Part shown: one piece after another, positions 37,784-47,775 of the stretch
Layout: every line of letters begins with the position of its first letter
Numbering within the stretch: the stretch's first letter is position 1
Virus record (IMG/VR): IMGVR_UViG_3300035698_017726
Location: 32,001-96,000 of that record
Length of the DNA: 64,000 nt
Origin: a virus
Direction: 5' to 3' (one strand)
The notes under the pieces: generated by a model
Database searches by the model: none
Told to the model about the DNA's origin: nothing
Seen by the model: only the letters and a program-made list of their open reading frames with translations
Program-made: the position numbers and the translations under genes

Positions 37784-38655
37784 CAGTACAGGACCACCTT
37801 GGTCAAGTCAGTCTTGAACGTGGACTTGACGCGTGCTTGGAAGTTCTTGATGTGCTCTCCCTCGTACTTACCTTCAAGCAGCTTTAGGGCCATATTCAGG
37901 TCTCCCATTAGCGCCCAGTTATCCATGAACTGGACGAGGTCACGAGTAGAGAGGGCATACTCCATCTGCTGGCCTCTAGTTTCCTTGGCTAGATTGAGAA
38001 GGCAGGCCAGCTTGTTTCGTTCTGCCGCGCTGGGCGGGCTGGAGAAGCGAGCCTGCAGAATCTCCAGTTCGTCCTTGGCGTCCATGTAGTTTACGTCGAT
38101 GAACTGAAATCTGCTTCGCATGTCTTCGTTCAGGTTGTAGGTACCGCCGTAGTTCGGGTTCATGGTCCCTACCAACCAGATTTTCGCCCCCTCATTCACT
38201 CTGAACACCCTGCCGATCTTGGGGACAGAGATCTCCTGCCTGTAGTCGGCTACAGGGTTGAGGATCTTCTGTGCCGTCGGCGGCAGTACGTTGATCTCCT
38301 CGAGCACTAGTAGACAGCCGCCCATCTCATTGGCGATCTCCACTGCCGCAGTCAGCGTTCCCAGCATAAAGAAGACGTCGTCTCCTTGCAGCGAGAAGGT
38401 ACCGATGAGGTCCCTGACTGATGTCTCTTCGGTACAGTCCTGGCGGAGTAGCGGAACTCCCTTGTCCGCTGCCCACTGCTCCAGAGCCAAAGTCTTGCCC
38501 GACCCCTTAGGACCTCTAAGAATGAGGTTCGGACCCCACGCCAGAGTCTCCAAAAGAGGAAGTAGCCCTACATCTCGATAGTCTGCGTGACTACGGGGAA
38601 CCAAGTACTTGGTGTCAATCCGTCTCTGTTCAATCGATCCTACTACTGTGCTCAT
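37783..38655 (-). CDS. AAA+ ATPase, MoxR/CbbQ/NorQ-like
   Basis: GPKGSGKT, LVLEEIN, GTMNP.YGG...MRSRF. Confidence 0.9.
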   Translation of the reverse strand: MSTVVGSIEQRRIDTKYLVPRSHADYRDVGLLPLLETLAWGPNLILRGPKGSGKTLALEQWAADKGVPLLRQDCTEETSVRDLIGTFSLQGDDVFFMLGTLTAAVEIANEMGGCLLVLEEINVLPPTAQKILNPVADYRQEISVPKIGRVFRVNEGAKIWLVGTMNPNYGGTYNLNEDMRSRFQFIDVNYMDAKDELEILQARFSSPPSAAERNKLACLLNLAKETRGQQMEYALSTRDLVQFMDNWALMGDLNMALKLLEGKYEGEHIKNFQARVKSTFKTDLTKVVLY

Positions 38656-38754
38656 GTAAGCCTCCTTTGAGCTGTATTCTTGTGACAGATAAACTAACCC
38701 CCTGTACTCACGATAGCACTTGCACTGTGCTCACAAAAGATGGTAAGACCCCTC

Positions 38755-39009
38755 ATGAGCTCCCCAATCGATCTATCGCAGTCCGATTTCAAAGAACTTC
38801 AGATGCAGCTCGGTCAGCTACTCTGGATGTGCCTAAAGAAGAGCAAGACCGCTGCGGTCTTTGTACTGAGGGAAGATGACCACATCACCATTCTCGATCC
38901 ATCCATTCTGGCTAGTGTGGGAGATGAGCAGATGGCTATCCAGTTGCTTGAAGCTGGATGGACCGGTGACCAGATCGAAGAGTTCTTCGAAAGGAGAGAC
39001 AGTGCGTGA
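38755..39009 (+). CDS. Hypothetical protein
   Basis: First ORF of a divergent unit. Confidence 0.55.
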   Translation: MSSPIDLSQSDFKELQMQLGQLLWMCLKKSKTAAVFVLREDDHITILDPSILASVGDEQMAIQLLEAGWTGDQIEEFFERRDSA

Positions 39010-39376
39010 AGCTTCCGTGATCCCTTTTAGTTCCGTAGCCCCAAGACCCAGAGACCTGCCGTCGAGCGGTGACTTCCGGATGTCGTCGTCGTTCGTTGAC
39101 ATGGGGAAACTACAGTCTCGAGCTTGTCGGCTGAGCAAGAAGTGGACTGAGTGGAGAGGAGAAGAACTGTTTCCGCCAGGGTACCTAGAGGATGTGGGAA
39201 AGATGGTGAAGGCCTCCGTCAGAGAGGTGAGCCGCGTAGAGATTGACCCTACAGGCAAGGTTCAGTTCTCCACCTGCGATAGATGGGGCTCTTACGAGTA
39301 CTCATTCCAGCTGAACCCTCTTTGGGTAAACTTGAGGGTGTTTTCGGCCAAAAGAAAGAGTCGAGGACCCAAATAG
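39002..39376 (+). CDS. Hypothetical protein
   Basis: AAGGAG RBS before GTG. Confidence 0.55.
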   Translation: MREASVIPFSSVAPRPRDLPSSGDFRMSSSFVDMGKLQSRACRLSKKWTEWRGEELFPPGYLEDVGKMVKASVREVSRVEIDPTGKVQFSTCDRWGSYEYSFQLNPLWVNLRVFSAKRKSRGPK

Positions 39377-39384
39377 GAGCCAGT

Positions 39385-40209
39385 ATGGCAAAACCGTTTG
39401 TGAAGTGGATTGGAGGTAAAGGCCGCTCACTGGGGCACCTATTGCCCCTATTCCCAAATGAAATCACGAACTACCACGAGCCTTTCGTAGGCGGTGGCGC
39501 CCTTTTTCTATCTATGGCTGATAGGATCAAGGGACAGACTTTCCTGGCTGACGCCAATGGAAAGCTCATAGTCGTCTGGGAAGAGGTATGGACGCATCCA
39601 GAGAAGGTGATAGCCTTCTTGACGATGATGGAGGCAGAAGACAGCAAAGAGTTCTTCCTGGCTATGCGCAGGAAGTACAACCTGGGGACCCACGCGTTCC
39701 CCATGTCTGGAGAGTTCGCAGCGGCCTTTATCTACCTGAATAGGGCCACATATAACGGTCTGTACCGGGAGAATCTGAGTGGCGGCTTCAACGCTCCATT
39801 CAGTGCGGCGAGAAAGATAGGCAAGGGAATCTGCCTACCTGACCGCATCTGGGGCGCTTCAGTAGCGATGACACAGTGTAACGAGCTCTACCTGATAGGC
39901 ATGGATTTCCGGGAGACGCTCAAACTAGTAGTAGCTGGCGACGTGGTGTACTTGGACCCTCCCTACGACGGAACATACGCCCAGTATACGACGCCAAAGT
40001 TCACCGAGGATGACCAGCGAGACCTGGCGACGATAGCAGAAGTTCTTGCCGACGCTAACGTCACGGTTATTGCTTCAAACGCGGATACACCTCTCATCAG
40101 GGAGCTCTATAAGGACTTCGACATTTATGAGACTCAAAGGGTGAACTCCGTAAACTCCAACGCAGAAGATAGGGCCCCGAAGAAGGACCTTACCATCTGC
40201 TCTTTCTGA
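39385..40209 (+). CDS. dam: DNA adenine methyltransferase (Dam/D12 class)
   Basis: KPFVKWIGGK, EPFVGGGA, YLNR..YNGLYR.N..G.FN.PF, YLDPPY. Confidence 0.92.
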   Translation: MAKPFVKWIGGKGRSLGHLLPLFPNEITNYHEPFVGGGALFLSMADRIKGQTFLADANGKLIVVWEEVWTHPEKVIAFLTMMEAEDSKEFFLAMRRKYNLGTHAFPMSGEFAAAFIYLNRATYNGLYRENLSGGFNAPFSAARKIGKGICLPDRIWGASVAMTQCNELYLIGMDFRETLKLVVAGDVVYLDPPYDGTYAQYTTPKFTEDDQRDLATIAEVLADANVTVIASNADTPLIRELYKDFDIYETQRVNSVNSNAEDRAPKKDLTICSF

Positions 40210-40215
40210 GGAACC

Positions 40216-41046
40216 ATGTCAGGTAACGTAGACACCACCACTATCGAGATCCCCATCGAGGACATCCACACCAAGGTCAATGTGGATAACATCCGGACGC
40301 ACTTCGACTCTCGCCGTATCGAAGAGCTCGCCGACTCCATCTACGAGAACGGACTGCTACAGCCAATCCTGGTCATGCAGTCCGAGGATGACGACGGCAG
40401 CGACATCGTTGAGCTGATTGCTGGTGAGCGCCGTCTCAGGGCCATCCAGTACATCCGCGCTACCATTGATGAGGACTTCATGGATACGGGCGTGCCCTGT
40501 GTCTCATGGGTCGGCGCAATCGAGGACGCAGAATACGCCAACGCTATCGAGAACATCGAGCGCGAAGAGGTCGACGAAGTCGATACCTCGGCTTGGATCG
40601 TACGCCAGCTAGACAAGGGCGTCACCCAGGACCACCTGGCCAAGAAGGTCCATAAGTCCCCGCAGTGGATTAGCTTCCGCAAGGTCTTCCACGAGCGGGC
40701 CTGTGACGAGCTGAAGGATGCTCTCCGTGAGGGCCTCATCCACTTCTCGGCTGCTTACGAGCTGGCCAAGAGGAAGGACCACGATGAGCAGAGGAAGATG
40801 ATCGAGAACTTCCGCAAGCTCGGGAAGAAGATCTCCCTGGAAGACGCACAGAACGTCAACCAGCCCGACAAGAGTTCCAAGCCCAGCAAGAAGGCTAGGC
40901 AGAAGATGGAAGCTGTCGCTCAGAAGGTCGCTGAGGACCAAGGCAGTGAAACCGCTAGGGGCGTTTCTTTCGGGCTCCGATACTGCGACGGCCTCTTGAC
41001 CGAGGCGGAGATGTTGGAGATTTTGGAGATGGAGAAGCAGAAATAG
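40216..41046 (+). CDS. ParB/Srx-like protein
   Basis: NIRTHF...IEELADSI..NGLLQPILV, LIAGERRLRA, ENIERE, followed by an HTH. Confidence 0.88.
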   Translation: MSGNVDTTTIEIPIEDIHTKVNVDNIRTHFDSRRIEELADSIYENGLLQPILVMQSEDDDGSDIVELIAGERRLRAIQYIRATIDEDFMDTGVPCVSWVGAIEDAEYANAIENIEREEVDEVDTSAWIVRQLDKGVTQDHLAKKVHKSPQWISFRKVFHERACDELKDALREGLIHFSAAYELAKRKDHDEQRKMIENFRKLGKKISLEDAQNVNQPDKSSKPSKKARQKMEAVAQKVAEDQGSETARGVSFGLRYCDGLLTEAEMLEILEMEKQK

Positions 41047-41371
41047 ACCTGCCGCCGTCTATTACCTCAAGGCTCTCTTCGTCCTTCTCTTGGGCGAGGA
41101 GGGCCTTGTACTCTTTCAGGCTCTGCCCGCGTTTCCATCCCCAGAGAATCTCTTTCTTTAGCCCAGAGCTGCTTTCTCTAATGAGGTCCAGAGACCCGTC
41201 TTCCCATTCCCCGAACACGATCCAGGATGCCCTGTCTCCAGGCACCTTGACTACTTGGCCCATCGGAAAATCGATACCTAAAGAAGAGAGTATCTTCAAG
41301 GCGGAGGTTGCCTTAGCCTTATTCAGGCCTTCTAGGTCGGCTTCGATTAGTGCTTGAAGATACGCCAGCAT
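40955..41371 (-). CDS. Hypothetical protein
   Basis: 138-aa ORF with a convergent overlap with the ParB-like gene. Confidence 0.5.
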   Translation of the reverse strand: MLAYLQALIEADLEGLNKAKATSALKILSSLGIDFPMGQVVKVPGDRASWIVFGEWEDGSLDLIRESSSGLKKEILWGWKRGQSLKEYKALLAQEKDEESLEVIDGGRSISASPSPKSPTSPPRSRGRRSIGARKKRP

Positions 41372-41405
41372 TCTGGTCTATCTATAGCACTTTAGTGAGG
41401 AGGCC

Positions 41406-41535
41406 GGGCCACTTAGGCCGCGAAACCCAGCCTCCTCAGGCTTTCTTCCATTTAACCAGTACCGCCCCACATGGGGTCGGGGAGCCGCAGGGAGGTCGAC
41501 TCCTTTGTCGCTTGTGCGACCGGCCTAAAAGGCCC
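41406..41535. other. Multi-hairpin structured intergenic element
   Basis: Closing stems GGGCC/GGCCC and TTAGGCCG/CGGCCTAA enclose four short hairpins. Confidence 0.4.
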
Positions 41536-41570
41536 CAGATAACCAATGGCTAGTCTCTGGTTCAAAACAC

Positions 41571-41996
41571 TTATAGCAGCTTGATGATCAAATTTGCTGC
41601 AACAGCTATCACTGTGCCACCAAGAGCTATGAAACTAGTAACCAGTGCGAGGTGCACAGTCTGCTTATTCTTCCGGTCTTCCTTGATCCGCTCGTCTCTA
41701 TTCTCTTGGCACTTCTTCAGATTCTTGGACTGGTTCTCTCTATGCGTCTTAGCGTCCTCTAGATGTTGTTCCGTCATCCTCATGCGTGTAACTAGCGAGT
41801 CACCATTGGACCCCGTCAGGAGCTTATTCTGTGTTTCCACAGCAGTAGCTAGCCTACACAGTTCGCCTGTAGATACCCGTTGCTCCGTGATTACCCCCTG
41901 AATACTCTTTTCGAGGGACACGGAAGATTCCTCCTGCTTATCCATACGCCTTTTGAGCTCATGGACGTCAGACAGAGTGGCCGGATCAACGGTCAT
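41571..41996 (-). CDS. Coiled-coil protein with C-terminal transmembrane helix
   Basis: GAGGA RBS; hydrophobic C-terminus. Confidence 0.65.
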   Translation of the reverse strand: MTVDPATLSDVHELKRRMDKQEESSVSLEKSIQGVITEQRVSTGELCRLATAVETQNKLLTGSNGDSLVTRMRMTEQHLEDAKTHRENQSKNLKKCQENRDERIKEDRKNKQTVHLALVTSFIALGGTVIAVAANLIIKLL

Positions 41997-42067
41997 TGCG
42001 CTTCCTCTCTACTGTATCAACTGCACGGGGTCTGAACGCAGTAGAATTTTATAACTATTACAAGAGA

Positions 42068-42097
42068 AGTATACTAAAGCCCCTATAACAGCGTCAA
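42068..42097 (-). promoter_or_regulatory. sigma70-like promoter
   Basis: TTGACG-18 nt-TATACT on the minus strand in an AT-rich gap. Confidence 0.6.
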
Positions 42098-42103
42098 CTA
42101 CGT

Positions 42104-43951
42104 CTATCCGAAGATCCTGGAAACGGTCAGCCTCTGTGCGGTGAATTTCTTGGAGACGCCATTCAAAGTCTCACTTCCCATGAAGGGCTGCCAAGAAACT
42201 GCAGCAGTGACGATGGGAGTGGTATGGACTACGACGCCATCGATAAAGCACTGACAGGTCCCGCCAGCCTGCATGTCCAGGCCGAACTGATGGCGGCCAG
42301 GTGCTACCGCGATTCCGGTGTCGAAGTTGGTAGAGACGCCTGCGATTCTTACTACGACGTACCAGTTGGGGTTAGCGCCGTAACGGGCATCTGTGGAGTA
42401 GCCAAAGAAAACCTGGTCATTGTCGGTGACGTTGTCCAGAAGAGTGGCTCCAGCGTTTAGCGTCTCCTTGAAGCCGCAGGCCAGAACCATAAGCGCTGCG
42501 TCGACTACCTTCAGGTTCGCCTTCATCATGAGGCGAGTAGCCCCTGTGGTCAGCCAGGTTGTGCTCTCTAGAGGAGACTGATCGGCTACAGCCGCTGCAC
42601 CCTTGACGAGCATCTGGTCATTGGCCACGTCGCCAGTAGCTACAGCGATTCCTCCTCCTGCGTCGAAGGTAGCCAGAGCACTGGTGGAGTTCGTGCCTAT
42701 GACTTCAACACGCTTGGAGGCGTTGTCGTTGGCGATATCTGCCGCGACACCTGGACGCTGACTGAAGTCCTCGGTAACTACCCAGCGGGGTCCATGGTCG
42801 ATACCGTCGGTACGGATGGGGCCCATGGTGTCGAGGAAGATAGAGGGGTTGGTAGTCTTGTTACCGATGACCTCTACTTCGGCTCCATTGACCGTGGAGA
42901 CGCTGAAGTAGCTATTGGCGCCCTGCGCTAGGACGTAAGCTGCCGCATTATTGTCCATGATGGACAGCGCCACGGGGCCCAGAGACGTCAGGTTGTACCC
43001 GAAGGTACCCGCGTCCAGGTCGAATCCACCGAGGGCTCCAACATCCACACTGAACGAGTCGATGAGGCCGTCGCTGAGAATAACCGTGGCGCGACTAGCG
43101 GTGATGGCGTAGGCCGAGCCCGCTACGTTGAACTTATATGGGCCGACGGTCTGGTTGTAGGAGCCACCCGCACCGATGGTGAAGGCACCACCGGTGACGT
43201 CCAACCCGCCAGTGACGTCGAGATTACCGGCCATGATCTTTTGGCCGGTACCCAGCCAGTTCATAGCAGGATTGGTGACCGCGTTACCCCAGCTCTGTAC
43301 TTCTACACCAGTGGTGGTGTCCAGCAGGTAGTAGTTATCCGCAGCTACGGACTGTCTGTACGCGGTAGCCGAGTTGGCCATCATGGCCCAGGTGATGTCG
43401 CCTGTGATGCAAGAAAGGTTCAGACCCGCAGAACCCGCGATGAGGTTCAGCTGAGTGGTTCCTGCGCCAGTACCGATGTCGATTACCCTGTCTCCGCCGG
43501 TACCGATGTTGATGTTGAAGTTGTCGGCGTCGTTACCCATGCTGATGGCGCCACCAGAGGAGTTGAGCTCCAGGGTGGTGTCGGCATCGAGCTCAATCGC
43601 GGCCAAGGAGTCCAGGAAGAGGCCTCTGTTACCTCCTCGCAGGAAGGTTCTCAGCGTGAGAAGTCCCGTGTTGAAGCCGAGCTCCAGATCTTCGAGAGTA
43701 TCGGTCGTAGTGAAGGCTGCATACTCATTGGTGCCCTCACGGATACGCCACGCATTGACCGTGTTGTCTACCAGGAGCTTGTCGGTGACCGGAGTGCCAC
43801 TGGTGACAATGGCCTGGACCGTACCGTCATCCAGGATGGTGTACAGGACGTCATCGGTGCCGAACCAGACTGCTTGCTCTCCCGCTGAGGGAGTAGCTGG
43901 GGTGGCGCCTTGGCGACCAGTAAATACGTCAGACTTGATGTTTCCGCTCAT
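42104..43951 (-). CDS. Tail fibre/spike-like protein with C-terminal lectin-like beta-sandwich
   Basis: G/T/N-rich beta repeats; AGGAG RBS. Confidence 0.6.
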   Translation of the reverse strand: MSGNIKSDVFTGRQGATPATPSAGEQAVWFGTDDVLYTILDDGTVQAIVTSGTPVTDKLLVDNTVNAWRIREGTNEYAAFTTTDTLEDLELGFNTGLLTLRTFLRGGNRGLFLDSLAAIELDADTTLELNSSGGAISMGNDADNFNINIGTGGDRVIDIGTGAGTTQLNLIAGSAGLNLSCITGDITWAMMANSATAYRQSVAADNYYLLDTTTGVEVQSWGNAVTNPAMNWLGTGQKIMAGNLDVTGGLDVTGGAFTIGAGGSYNQTVGPYKFNVAGSAYAITASRATVILSDGLIDSFSVDVGALGGFDLDAGTFGYNLTSLGPVALSIMDNNAAAYVLAQGANSYFSVSTVNGAEVEVIGNKTTNPSIFLDTMGPIRTDGIDHGPRWVVTEDFSQRPGVAADIANDNASKRVEVIGTNSTSALATFDAGGGIAVATGDVANDQMLVKGAAAVADQSPLESTTWLTTGATRLMMKANLKVVDAALMVLACGFKETLNAGATLLDNVTDNDQVFFGYSTDARYGANPNWYVVVRIAGVSTNFDTGIAVAPGRHQFGLDMQAGGTCQCFIDGVVVHTTPIVTAAVSWQPFMGSETLNGVSKKFTAQRLTVSRIFG

Positions 43952-44001
43952 TTTGGGCTCCTGAGAGTGTCCTTAGGCTACCTCATCCGAGGTATCGCGG
44001 G

Positions 44002-44343
44002 CTAAGAGATTTCGTAGACGATGTCGATGACTATGCGGCCGTCGACGTTGGCAAGGTTGGAGTTGCACCTAGCCGTAATAGGCTCGTTCCCTGGGATGGC
44101 GCTGCTCACGTCTATTTCGGTGAATCCGTTTGTCGCCTTGAACACACTTACTTTGGCGATTTGGGCGTCACCTTGCTCTAAATACAGCTTCTTGCTGGTG
44201 CTCTTGGAGCCCTCATTAGGCAACCAAAGCATAGTACATTTAGTGGCACAGATAAGATTATCGTCAGAGGCGGCAACTATTGAGACCTCGTGCATCTTCG
44301 ATAGCTGGTCGGTCTGTATTTCGATGATGAGTTGCCCCTGCAT
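44002..44343 (-). CDS. Hypothetical structural protein
   Basis: Coupled to the upstream gene. Confidence 0.55.
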   Translation of the reverse strand: MQGQLIIEIQTDQLSKMHEVSIVAASDDNLICATKCTMLWLPNEGSKSTSKKLYLEQGDAQIAKVSVFKATNGFTEIDVSSAIPGNEPITARCNSNLANVDGRIVIDIVYEIS

Positions 44344-45206
44344 CAAGATACCTTCATACGTACGGTGATTTCGTAGGTGTAGGCGCTCGCGTCATTTGTG
44401 ACTCTACCTACCCAAAGCCCAAAGTCCTTTTGGGTGGAGAACCCGAGCCCACCGTGTCCGTAGGCAGTGGATCCTTGCCACACTCCCGCGTCGTTGAGCG
44501 ATTGGATAAATGAGCCAGGAGAACGGCTGTTCTGTTCGAGGGCCCAGTTACTGCGGCACCGTCGCACAACCGCGTTGGTAGGCCCAACGGCAGCGACAGT
44601 AGCGTCCTTAACACGTAAAGCTGTCTGTGTTGCTGCTGTGTCCTGCTGCATCCCATGGCCGGTGCGGGCAAAAGCTAAACTTGTCACATCGTTAGTCGCT
44701 TGGACTAAGTTTATCGCTGTGTGATCGTCACCAGAGATAGTCGAGACGTATACCTCAGTCTCCAGACTCAGGCCGGCAGGAAGGTCGAGCTTTCTGTGGA
44801 GAACATCCATAAGCTCGGGGTTGGTAACGGCTACGGTATCGAGGGTAATGGTCTTGCCGCTTCGAGCGGTGATGACCCCACCAGCCTGAACCCGTAGAGT
44901 CCAGCCCGCATCGTCCCAGTCAGGGAGGTCCATCCAGCCGGTCGCGTCGCCGAGCTGGATTTCGTGGGTGTGGACAGACTTACCTGCGCCGTCCAGCCCC
45001 TTGACCTTCCATACTCCGGAGTGGAAAGTGGGGGTGAATGTCCGCACAGTGGAGCTGACGACGGCGAGCATCCCCGACTGGTCTTGGCCCTTCGGGTCCT
45101 CAAGGACCCAGGTTGTGGGCACTACAACGGTGGCCGTGGATGTGACTAGTCCTGGCCAGGTCAATACCGTCTTCTTCGCGAGTACAGCTGGCTGGATGAA
45201 GCCCAT
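44343..45206 (-). CDS. Putative fibre-associated beta-sandwich protein
   Basis: TAATG coupling; beta-rich. Confidence 0.55.
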   Translation of the reverse strand: MGFIQPAVLAKKTVLTWPGLVTSTATVVVPTTWVLEDPKGQDQSGMLAVVSSTVRTFTPTFHSGVWKVKGLDGAGKSVHTHEIQLGDATGWMDLPDWDDAGWTLRVQAGGVITARSGKTITLDTVAVTNPELMDVLHRKLDLPAGLSLETEVYVSTISGDDHTAINLVQATNDVTSLAFARTGHGMQQDTAATQTALRVKDATVAAVGPTNAVVRRCRSNWALEQNSRSPGSFIQSLNDAGVWQGSTAYGHGGLGFSTQKDFGLWVGRVTNDASAYTYEITVRMKVS

Positions 45207-46585
45207 TAGATTCTCTCCCAGCCTGTGGGAGGAACTGCCTCATTCTGTACAAAGCCGACAGTATCTCCGGCAGAGGAAAAGACGTGGCTGGCGACGAGAC
45301 CATTATCTAGAGTGTCTGCGCCTGCGGGAGTAACATCTACTAGGTTGGCGATGTTCCGAGCCTTCACCCAGATGACTCCTCCAGAGAAGGAAGCTGCGTC
45401 TGGGAGAGTAAAGGGAACAACAGCTCCAGTGCCGTCTCCAATAAAGAACAGAGAGGTTTCTAGACCCGTGATGGGGTACGCAGCAACCTTGACGCTGGGA
45501 GCTCCAAACTCTAGCGCTCTGTATGGGTGAGCTGCGAAGTCGTCTCTATTGGCCGTCGAATTGTGTACTGTTGGGGATGCCGATGCCCCCGCCTTCTGGG
45601 TATAGCGATAATCCAGGACCCCTTTGAGTACAGCTTCGGGGGCGTTAGTGAACGCCGTTTTAGTCTGGAAGGTCAGTCGGTACAGAACTACTATTTCGGC
45701 TACCGGGATTCCGGTTAGATCCAGCGTAGAGTACTCTTCCGCTTCTGCTGCAGAGAGAGATGGGTACTCTCCCTGTCCCAGAATGACCATGACGGGTGCG
45801 AGTCCATTGTTCGTGGCGAGGACAAAAGCGTTGAAGTAATAGTTGTTCGTTACTTCGGTGAGCACCCAGTTCGGGCCAGTGAATTGGTTGTACGATGGCC
45901 GATTGGGGTTGTCGTCGTAGAAGGGGTAGGTAGTAGCTGCTCGCCCTCGCCATATCCCCGTAGTTCCCAGTTGATAGAAGATCGGAAGCTCTGCGGGCAC
46001 AGCAAGAATTTGTTCGAAGATATTGGCTGGAGCAGCAGAGTGCGTGATCTCAATCTCGATGTCCGCATCGTGGAAGTCTCCATTAGAGATTGAACATTGA
46101 GCGTGAGAGTTAGCGCTTCCGTCACCGATAAGGGTGTAGTCCCCAAGGGATAGGCCACTGTCGTACGCTGCGCCTCGGGTGTGGTGCAGGTAGTGGTGGA
46201 TGTTTGGGTCAATCAGTCCGTGGCGTTCTTCTGCGATATAGAACGCAGTCTTGTTCACCGCATCCCAGTAGATGATGGATACACCCGCCTCTGTGAAGAA
46301 GTTGAACGTCGTCTGTGTCGCGGTAAGTACTCCAGCGTTGTTGTAGTAGAACCACCAAATGCCTTCGGTGTCGGTGATGACTACTGTTTCTGGAGCGGCA
46401 ACGTTGTACTTGGCTCCCTCCAGATAGATGTCGAAGCTCACGGCTGGAGCTAGAGGACCGATGGTAAGGGTACGTGAAAGGTCATCCCAGGAAACGATGC
46501 TGTCTGCACGGTTTACGAATCCGTGAGGAAGGCCCAGATCAACGAACCCAGTACTAGAGGAAGCGGGTACGGGCCCGCCTCTCAT
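45206..46585 (-). CDS. Putative tail fibre protein
   Basis: GFVNR...EERHG...H.YLH.T.GA.Y.SG region plus a C-terminal fibre-type domain. Confidence 0.55.
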   Translation of the reverse strand: MRGGPVPASSSTGFVDLGLPHGFVNRADSIVSWDDLSRTLTIGPLAPAVSFDIYLEGAKYNVAAPETVVITDTEGIWWFYYNNAGVLTATQTTFNFFTEAGVSIIYWDAVNKTAFYIAEERHGLIDPNIHHYLHHTRGAAYDSGLSLGDYTLIGDGSANSHAQCSISNGDFHDADIEIEITHSAAPANIFEQILAVPAELPIFYQLGTTGIWRGRAATTYPFYDDNPNRPSYNQFTGPNWVLTEVTNNYYFNAFVLATNNGLAPVMVILGQGEYPSLSAAEAEEYSTLDLTGIPVAEIVVLYRLTFQTKTAFTNAPEAVLKGVLDYRYTQKAGASASPTVHNSTANRDDFAAHPYRALEFGAPSVKVAAYPITGLETSLFFIGDGTGAVVPFTLPDAASFSGGVIWVKARNIANLVDVTPAGADTLDNGLVASHVFSSAGDTVGFVQNEAVPPTGWERI

Positions 46586-47775
46586 TACGCGGATGGCCAT
46601 GTTGCCTCCCTATACGTGATGTGGGCGCCAAAGAACTTGAGAACGGAGCCCGCACCAGGAGTGATGTCGACCCGTAGCCTGTAGGACTCTCGGTCGTCCA
46701 GCATAGGAGGAGTAGCTAGAGTATGGGTAACTGCGTGGAGATCGACGGTGCTACGCTTTACAGCGGTGTTGTGCTGAGTCACAAATGTCTGTCCACCGCT
46801 GATATCCGTGACCGTAGGAAGAGCGCCTACTCCGAGAGTATCGACAGCTGGAGGAGACACCAGGAAGAGTGTCCCCTCAATATCGGTCAGGATTGCCGTC
46901 TCTACCCGGTAGAGAAGTGTAAAGGCCACCGGCTGCGTTCTGGCGACAGCGGTTCCTGCCTTCTCCGAGTAGTCAGCCACTAGAATGGCGGCTCCCGCAC
47001 CTAGAGGCTTTTCGTAGTAGATCTCATTGGTCACTGTGTTGAAGTTCAGGACCCACAGAAGGCCATCTCCCGGCTCGAAGTACTGAGCTGAGATGAACTT
47101 CGAGGAAAGCCGCATTCCTGGGTCGAAGTCGTTGACGATGAGCGTGCCCTGAACGTCCAGAGTTCCGGTGACGTTCAGAACGTCATGCATGAGCAGTTGA
47201 CTGCCTGCCGGGATGATCGTGTACTCGTACACCGTCTCGGGCTGGCTGAATTCGGGGCGCCAGGGGCGGTCATCTATAACAAAGAGATCGCCAAGCACAT
47301 TGAGGGTGCCTTGGATATCCAGAGTGCCTGCGATGATCAGCTCTTCATCGACGGGAATGGTAGCCGTCTCTGTCGGAGTGACGATGAGTTCCTGGCTCCA
47401 CTTCTTCCTGAACCCACCGCCAACTACGGCAGCTGCTACCGCAGTCCATTCAGCTAGGGTCAGGTGGTAGTACTCACCTGCAGCTCCTCCCTGAATCGCA
47501 GAGAGGGAGTTGTGGGAACCAAGGAAGGGAGAGAAGAGACCTACAGCAATCCAGCGCCCGACTCCTACGGTTGGGGCGAGGATAGAGACTCCATCGTCGG
47601 CAAGGACGCTGTCGTAGTCATACGCGAAGATCTGAGTGGTGGAGTCCATATAGACAAGGACTCTGTCTGCTGAGTCCCCTGTAGGAAGCAGCCTCAGTTC
47701 TGCAATGTCTTCAACAGCAATGGCAATCCTGTCCTGAAAGGACCGCCCCTGGATAGTTCCTTTCCACCTACTCAT
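46585..47775 (-). CDS. Putative tail fibre protein
   Basis: IAELR...DDG..IL.P..G.GRW and HN.L..IQGG..GEYYHLT are typical fibre motifs. Confidence 0.6.
   Translation of the reverse strand: MSRWKGTIQGRSFQDRIAIAVEDIAELRLLPTGDSADRVLVYMDSTTQIFAYDYDSVLADDGVSILAPTVGVGRWIAVGLFSPFLGSHNSLSAIQGGAAGEYYHLTLAEWTAVAAAVVGGGFRKKWSQELIVTPTETATIPVDEELIIAGTLDIQGTLNVLGDLFVIDDRPWRPEFSQPETVYEYTIIPAGSQLLMHDVLNVTGTLDVQGTLIVNDFDPGMRLSSKFISAQYFEPGDGLLWVLNFNTVTNEIYYEKPLGAGAAILVADYSEKAGTAVARTQPVAFTLLYRVETAILTDIEGTLFLVSPPAVDTLGVGALPTVTDISGGQTFVTQHNTAVKRSTVDLHAVTHTLATPPMLDDRESYRLRVDITPGAGSVLKFFGAHITYREATWPSA

Noticed and set aside
41394-41445. Hammerhead ribozyme (TGAGGAG and GAAAC-like words)
   Set aside because: The core CUGANGA and GAAA are not on the same strand in a compatible order and spacing with three stems.
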